Part shown: piece after piece, positions 28,589 to 33,833 of the stretch
How positions within the stretch are numbered: the first letter of the stretch is position 1
How the letters are laid out: each line of letters opens with the position of its first letter
Source: Alistipes sp.
GTDB taxonomy: Bacteria; Bacteroidota; Bacteroidia; Bacteroidales; Rikenellaceae
Assembly: GCA_045133075.1 (NCBI GenBank)
Contig: JBGUTM010000142.1
Coordinates: 1-33,833 of the forward strand
Direction: 5' to 3'
Length of the DNA: 33,833 bases
The notes under the pieces: generated by a model
What the model saw: only the letters and a program-made list of their open reading frames with translations
Told to the model about the DNA's origin: nothing
The model's database searches: none
Position numbers and translations under genes: made by a program

Positions 28589-30838
28589 TTATCGCACCAT
28601 AATCTTATGGTGGCCGGCTCCGAGAGTAAGTTTTTCACCCCTCTCGTCACCGCACTCAAGGCGCGAGTAACCCTGTGGCAGATCGACCACGGCGGTCGTG
28701 CTCTCAGGAACGCAGAGTTCGATTTCGAGGGCATCACACACCTTCACAGCCTGCATTTCGATATTGCCGAACACCGTAGGCACAACGCTCTTAACACGGT
28801 TGAGCATTGCCAGGTTGGGGCATACGCGGAATTGTTCGAATGCCGGTTTCAGGGGCGAGATTCCGGCGATAAACTCCGAGAGAATCGTCAATCCACCACC
28901 ACTCCAGGCGTGATTATAGGTGCCGTTACCCGACTTATACTTCATACCGCGACCACCGGTGTAGACCCATCCCTCCCAGAGGGTCGAATACTCCTCCGCC
29001 GCAACCATATCGCCAAAGCGTTTCTCGAGGCGCGTCAGTGCATCCTCATAATAGCCCATACGACACAGAGCCTCAAGCACATACTTCTCCATATAGGGGC
29101 TGGCATTGTAGTGTGTGGCCAGGAATCTTCTCATTATCGGATACTTCGCCTCGGGCACCAGACCCGCCAGCACCGCCATCGCCTGCACACGGTCATCGGG
29201 AGAGTCGCCATACTCCTTGGATTTGTATTGTTGACTCTTCTCATCCCAGAATGCCTTGTCAAACTCGTAGCGCATCTTATCGAGCATCTGCTCCGCCCAC
29301 ATCGCATCGCGATTATGACCTGTCAGTCGCGCCATCTTGGCAAAACCGCGCAGAGCCACGGCATACCAGCACTGTTGCAGGCCGGGCTTGTCGATATTGG
29401 TGCCCCAATCACCCCAATACCAACCACCCTCGCGAGTGGTAACCTTTCCGTAATTATCAACCTTCCAGACTTGGCGCAAATACCTTTTAACTCGAGGATA
29501 TACCTCGGAGATGGTCGCCTTGTCGCCCGTGAGCATATAGTAGGTGTGGAATCCGTAGAAACCTACACTTGCCAACATCTGGCAGGGCAACTCCTGCTCA
29601 TACCAACCCGGAATCGGTGAGAAGATTGTGCCATCCTCGCGCTGCCAATTCATCAACTCGAGAATAGCCTTGCGGGTCAGCAGATGAGCCCTCTGATCAA
29701 AGACATAGCCGGCCTCGCCCAGCTCGACCACGGCATCGCCCCACCACTGTGCTCGTTCACGGTCGGGGCAATCCATATAATTGTCGCGCATAGTGACGTA
29801 GAGGGTACGCTTAGCCTTCTCCCACAGCTTATTACAAAAATCGTTATCGCACTCGAACTCTCCGACAAAATCGGTGTCGAAACCGCTCTCACGATACTTC
29901 AGATCGAGCACCTCGACCCCCTCGGGGATGTAGTAGAGCACCTTATGTCCATTAGTCCAAATCAGGGTCTCGAACTCCTGCTCTCCCTCGCGAGCAATAT
30001 ACTCGGTGTAGAACGAACGCGCCACACCAATCCAATAATCTTCGGTGCACATAACAATACGCTCACCTCCCTTTGCCCTGATACGCATATAGGGGGTAAC
30101 GTGTGCATTGTAAGGTAGTTGGCATTCGATAGCTCCATCCGAAGCTGTCGTCTGACCCTCATAGTCGCGAAGCTCGCTCCACCTCCACTGCGGAATAGGG
30201 CGTGTAACAAAGGCTCCCCACTCCGAGGCCTCGCGTTCCACCTCCACAGCATCGCTCCAACCTTCGGCATCAAACTCTGCCGAGGCAAAATCCACCGCCT
30301 TGCGGGCATCGTAGCCCACATTTGCACCCGCAACACGATATTGACGCGCACCTTTGGGGTTCTCATCCGCCGGAGCCCACATCGCATCGTAGCGCACTGC
30401 CTTCCAGCTTTGGTCGCTGACGATTGTTCGCAGAGGTGTTTTGAGTTCAAGCCAAATACCCGGCACAGCCGAAGGGGCGTGGCTGAATGAGTTTTTACCA
30501 TAATACTGCACCAATACAGCTATCGTATTGCGGCCCGACTTCAAGCCCGGAACGCCCTCAAATACATCGCAATAGCTATCCGTAGGGTTGGGGCCTCGCT
30601 TAAGGCCACCCTCGCGAACCACAAGCTCACCATTGACCCAGAGCCAATACTTCGTATCGGCCGCAATCTTCAGGCTCGCCTCTCCACCCGAAAGTAGACA
30701 AAATTCCTTACGAAAACACTGCCATTCGCCATCGGCAATATGCTCCTGTGTGGTGATGATCTGCGCTTCACGACCACCACAGGCAGTCATCACTATCGCA
30801 AACAAACAAACAATCAGGAAAAATAGATTTTTCTTCAT
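28589..30838 (-). CDS. Alpha-L-rhamnosidase-like glycoside hydrolase (GH78), lipoprotein
   Basis: Lipobox MTA-C; ADTKYWLWVNG; MDCPDRERAQWWGD; TLWEGW; NHAWSG motifs. Confidence 0.85.
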   Translation of the reverse strand: MKKNLFFLIVCLFAIVMTACGGREAQIITTQEHIADGEWQCFRKEFCLLSGGEASLKIAADTKYWLWVNGELVVREGGLKRGPNPTDSYCDVFEGVPGLKSGRNTIAVLVQYYGKNSFSHAPSAVPGIWLELKTPLRTIVSDQSWKAVRYDAMWAPADENPKGARQYRVAGANVGYDARKAVDFASAEFDAEGWSDAVEVEREASEWGAFVTRPIPQWRWSELRDYEGQTTASDGAIECQLPYNAHVTPYMRIRAKGGERIVMCTEDYWIGVARSFYTEYIAREGEQEFETLIWTNGHKVLYYIPEGVEVLDLKYRESGFDTDFVGEFECDNDFCNKLWEKAKRTLYVTMRDNYMDCPDRERAQWWGDAVVELGEAGYVFDQRAHLLTRKAILELMNWQREDGTIFSPIPGWYEQELPCQMLASVGFYGFHTYYMLTGDKATISEVYPRVKRYLRQVWKVDNYGKVTTREGGWYWGDWGTNIDKPGLQQCWYAVALRGFAKMARLTGHNRDAMWAEQMLDKMRYEFDKAFWDEKSQQYKSKEYGDSPDDRVQAMAVLAGLVPEAKYPIMRRFLATHYNASPYMEKYVLEALCRMGYYEDALTRLEKRFGDMVAAEEYSTLWEGWVYTGGRGMKYKSGNGTYNHAWSGGGLTILSEFIAGISPLKPAFEQFRVCPNLAMLNRVKSVVPTVFGNIEMQAVKVCDALEIELCVPESTTAVVDLPQGYSRLECGDERGEKLTLGAGHHKIMVR

Positions 30839-30867
30839 AGTTTAGGTATCGGTATTTTGCATTAAGG

Positions 30868-31572
30868 TCAAATTCCAAAGATGCGAGAGATATCCTCGCC
30901 AACCTCCGCAATAGGCTTGTTAATCAGACGCGGAGAGTCCACTATTGCTGCCATATCACATTGAGCCATAGCTATATCAAGATCGTGTGTCGAGAAGATG
31001 ATACACTTACCCTCCTCGTGTGCAAGCCTGCGCAGCAGTGCACACACCTCATAGCGCGTGGGCAGATCCAAAAAGGCTGTAGGCTCATCGAGCAGAATTA
31101 TCGGAGTCTGCTGCGCCAGAGCTCGAGCAATCATCACCCTCTGGCACTCGCCATCCGACATCGCATCCATCGACTTACGGGCAAAGTCACTCATTCCGAC
31201 CGCCGCCAAAGCCTCGGCAACAATCTCGCGATCGACATCCTGCATTCGGCCAATCCAGTTGGTGTATGGCGCACGACCGAGAGCCACAACAGCCTCACAC
31301 ACAAGGTTGGCAATGCGCACCTTGTCGGTAGTCACAAAACTTACACGCCGAGCTATCTGCTCGGGCTCAAGGGCCGTAATCTCCTCTCCACAAAGGCTCA
31401 CCGAGCCACCCTTAATGCGACCCAATGAAGCTATCGACCTCAAAAGCGTACTCTTACCCGCCCCATTTCGGCCCAGCAGAGCCGTTAATGTACCCGATTC
31501 AAAGGTCGTAGAGACCCCTTCGAGCAGGGTGCGCGAACCATAGCCGAGTGTTATATTTTCGAGCTTTATCAT
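30868..31572 (-). CDS. ABC transporter ATP-binding subunit (FecE/BtuD-like)
   Basis: GRNGAGKST, MSDGECQR signature variant, LLDEPTAFLD, STHD motifs. Confidence 0.92.
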   Translation of the reverse strand: MIKLENITLGYGSRTLLEGVSTTFESGTLTALLGRNGAGKSTLLRSIASLGRIKGGSVSLCGEEITALEPEQIARRVSFVTTDKVRIANLVCEAVVALGRAPYTNWIGRMQDVDREIVAEALAAVGMSDFARKSMDAMSDGECQRVMIARALAQQTPIILLDEPTAFLDLPTRYEVCALLRRLAHEEGKCIIFSTHDLDIAMAQCDMAAIVDSPRLINKPIAEVGEDISRIFGI

Positions 31573-32576
31573 CAGACTATCGAGCGGTTACGAATTACTA
31601 CAAAAATCACTATCGGGATACCTATCAGCGCCGTTACAGTGTTGATGGGCAGGGTCAAACTCTTCGAGACGATATCGCACAGAAGCATCACCACCACACC
31701 CGTAAGCATCGAGGCCGGAATCAACACTCGGTGGTCTGCCGATGCAAAGCTCATCCTTGACAGGTGGGGAACTGCCAGACCCACAAAGCCTATCGGACCA
31801 CAGAATGCCGTCACCGTACCTGCCAGCAGTGTTGTCGAGGCAAAAATCATTCGGCGCGAACGGGTAATATCAAGACCCATAGTGCGGGCGTAATTTTCAC
31901 CCAGGAGCAACAGGTTAAGAGGCTTAATCGACATCACCGCAATAACCAAACCCGCCAAGATGGCCGGCACAACCAATTGTAACTGGGTAGCCGTAACATC
32001 GCCCAACGAACCCATAGTCCAGACTACGAACGACTTGAGGGCATTCTCATCACTCAGGTACTGCAGGATTTCGACCACAGCTCCTATTGCCGAGCCGACC
32101 ATCATACCCAGAATCAGGATGACCATAATATCCTTTATGCGGCGGCTCAACGCCATAACTAGCAGCAGAATCATCCCCGAGCCTATCCACGCTGCCCCCG
32201 CCGTGCCAATCAACTGCAATGCCGGCGAAGCGGCCACGCCCAGCAGTGGCACTCCGAGCAGAAACAGAGCCACACCAAGGCTCGCTCCCGAACTCACGCC
32301 GAGAACATAAGGTCCAGCCAGAGGGTTGCGGAAGAGAGTCTGCATCTGAAGACCGCTGACCGCCAGAGCAGCACCTGCCAGCACCGCCATAACGGCCTTT
32401 ATCAATCGTATTTTCAGCACAATATCACGCGTAGCCTCACTACCCTCGCCACCTGTCAGCGCAGCCCATACCTCTCTAAACGAGATGGCGGTAGAGCCGA
32501 TGGTCAGGTCGGCCACAAAGAGTGCGACAACCGCCACCGACAGCAGGGTAAAAAGTATCGTGATTCTCGACTTCAT
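31572..32576 (-). CDS. FecCD/BtuC-family ABC permease
   Basis: MQTLFRNPLAGPYVLGVSSGA, WTMGS, LGENYARTMG, GPIGFVGLAVPH motifs. Confidence 0.93.
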   Translation of the reverse strand: MKSRITILFTLLSVAVVALFVADLTIGSTAISFREVWAALTGGEGSEATRDIVLKIRLIKAVMAVLAGAALAVSGLQMQTLFRNPLAGPYVLGVSSGASLGVALFLLGVPLLGVAASPALQLIGTAGAAWIGSGMILLLVMALSRRIKDIMVILILGMMVGSAIGAVVEILQYLSDENALKSFVVWTMGSLGDVTATQLQLVVPAILAGLVIAVMSIKPLNLLLLGENYARTMGLDITRSRRMIFASTTLLAGTVTAFCGPIGFVGLAVPHLSRMSFASADHRVLIPASMLTGVVVMLLCDIVSKSLTLPINTVTALIGIPIVIFVVIRNRSIV

Positions 32577-32583
32577 CCTTTGC

Positions 32584-33723
32584 CTACTTTAATCGTTCGT
32601 AATAGACCAACTCCTCGCCAGCCGCGATCTCGGGATGGAGAATCTGGACCAAATCCTGCAAAATTATATCGGGGCGAACAATGCCCGACTCCCAGAAATC
32701 AGAGCCTCCGGCAGCCGTTCGTCTACGATTGTTGTTGTAGACCTTACGATTCAGCACCGAGGGCATCTGCACAAATCGCGGATTCTGCGCCTTGAGCTCT
32801 GCCAACGAGGTTACCCCTCCCACATTGAGCCACACATCTGCCTGTGAAGCAAGCATATATGCACGTTCAGAGTCTATCGGCTGCGAGGCTGTACTCTCGG
32901 TGGTTGCCACGAAGGCTTCACCACCCGCATCAGCCACAAATCGAACCATAAAGTTCTTGGCCGGAGGAAGAAACCATATATCACGATAGGGGGTATTGAG
33001 CATAACTTTAGGTCGTGAGGCAGCCTTTTGTGCAACGCGGTCGGCCAGGGTGCGATAGTTCTGCTTTACTGCACCAAAGAGCGAGTCCGCCCTCTCGTGA
33101 CGGTCAGCCAGCTCGGCCACTACATAGAGCCACTCCGCCTTGCCGAGCGGCGACTGCTCGACATAGTCACCTATATATATATAGGGTATCCCCAACTCGC
33201 GTAGTTTGGCGGTGACAATGCTATTTTCGCCGGCCACGCCATACATCAGCACAACATCGGGTCGCAGAGCAACTATTCGTTCGAAGTCGAGGTAGGCATC
33301 GTAGCCCACATCTGCCACCTTCGACTTTGGGTTATGGATATGGTTGTTGGTGATAAAGTTCTTGCCCGAGACCCCTTTGACCATCTCTATTTCGCCCAGT
33401 GCATCGAACATCGCCACATATCCCGAAGAGAGACACACGGCCGAACGTATGGGAGCCCTCACCACCTGCCCTCGAAAACCCTTCGGACACATCTCCCCGT
33501 TTCTGGCAATAAAAACCTGCTGTTCGAAGTCGGCACCCTGCCAAGGATTGGAGATTGTCAGCAAGGAGCTTTCGCCCTCGGCAGCCTGGTCGATACGGAA
33601 TCCCGAGGCAAATTCGGGATAGAACTTCTCGACCCCGAAGGCATCAAGTGAGGGGCTCGATGCGTTGCTGCACGAACAAAAAATAGCCGTCAAAACGGCA
33701 AAAAATGCAAAATTTACCCTCAT
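32584..33723 (-). CDS. Substrate-binding lipoprotein of a cobalamin/iron-chelate ABC importer (BtuF-like)
   Basis: Lipoprotein signal MRVNFAFFAVLTAIFCS-C; ERIVALRPD, EQSPLGKAEW, DFWESGIVRPDIILQDL motifs. Start ATG 33723 preferred over TTG 33732, which falls within the -7 box. Confidence 0.85.
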   Translation of the reverse strand: MRVNFAFFAVLTAIFCSCSNASSPSLDAFGVEKFYPEFASGFRIDQAAEGESSLLTISNPWQGADFEQQVFIARNGEMCPKGFRGQVVRAPIRSAVCLSSGYVAMFDALGEIEMVKGVSGKNFITNNHIHNPKSKVADVGYDAYLDFERIVALRPDVVLMYGVAGENSIVTAKLRELGIPYIYIGDYVEQSPLGKAEWLYVVAELADRHERADSLFGAVKQNYRTLADRVAQKAASRPKVMLNTPYRDIWFLPPAKNFMVRFVADAGGEAFVATTESTASQPIDSERAYMLASQADVWLNVGGVTSLAELKAQNPRFVQMPSVLNRKVYNNNRRRTAAGGSDFWESGIVRPDIILQDLVQILHPEIAAGEELVYYERLK

Positions 33724-33729
33724 ATCGCA

Positions 33730-33737
33730 CAAATTTA
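33730..33737 (-). promoter_or_regulatory. -7 element for the ABC importer operon
   Basis: Minus strand TAAATTTG, ending 6 nt before the ATG. Confidence 0.55.
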
Positions 33738-33781
33738 GAAAAAAAAAGTTGATGAAAGGTATTGTTTACATTAAAAATTAC

Positions 33782-33789
33782 TATATTTG
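33782..33789 (+). promoter_or_regulatory. -7 element for the tRNA gene
   Basis: TATATTTG, 15 nt upstream of the tRNA 5' end. Confidence 0.65.
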
Positions 33790-33804
33790 CACACCCAAAT
33801 CACT

Positions 33805-33833
33805 CGGGATGTAGCTCAGCCCGGTTAGAGTAC
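33805..33833 (+). tRNA. tRNA 5' fragment, probably tRNA-Pro (truncated by the window end; anticodon not visible)
   Basis: CGGGATG acceptor strand, TA, D-arm GCTC-AGCCCGGTTA-GAGT. A C1-G2-G3 start is typical of bacterial tRNA-Pro. Confidence 0.8.

Noticed and set aside
28046-29620. 524 aa plus-strand ORF spanning dnaX and the GH78 gene
   Set aside because: Antisense shadow of two confident genes; non-ATG start and no domain signal.
33170-33185. (TA)6 run forming a 16 bp palindrome in the BtuF-like gene
   Set aside because: It encodes PYIYIG in frame; TA repeats are trivially palindromic.

Overview
A 33.8 kb chromosomal window from a Bacteroidota organism, probably Bacteroidales (Alistipes/Rikenellaceae-like). 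The taxonomy is inferred from repeated TAnnTTTG -7 promoter boxes, a Bacteroidetes-type Fba insertion, and DUF3078 and Sb-PDE-like genes. The window is mostly housekeeping and metabolic: a minus-strand purE-purL-purF-purM-purH(partial) operon; glpD; a small galactofuranose/glycerophosphotransferase glycan locus; nfo; a DUF4838-like lipoprotein; a DUF3078-S41 protease-small protein-FAD oxidoreductase run; fba; a PHP phosphoesterase; an NSS transporter; a SASA esterase; folB, tyrS and dnaX; a GH78 rhamnosidase; a BtuFCD/FecBCD-type ABC importer; and the 5' end of a tRNA (probably Pro). I found no CRISPR, phage, transposase or defence genes. Four observations stand out. (1) PurF lacks the catalytic Cys1 and has a degenerate glutamine-binding loop while its PRTase and Fe-S motifs are intact, suggesting an ammonia-dependent enzyme. 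(2) The ~270 nt pur leader holds an unannotated Gln-rich uORF (...MRQQCQCQSLT*) ending 6 nt before a strong hairpin, a candidate nitrogen-sensing attenuator. (3) dnaX has an A10 slippery run with stops in both alternative frames, suggesting gamma/tau recoding. (4) Tandem covarying REP-like hairpins lie in the 19.3-19.5 kb intergenic region. All functional interpretations are hypotheses from manual reading; no searches or folding programs were run.
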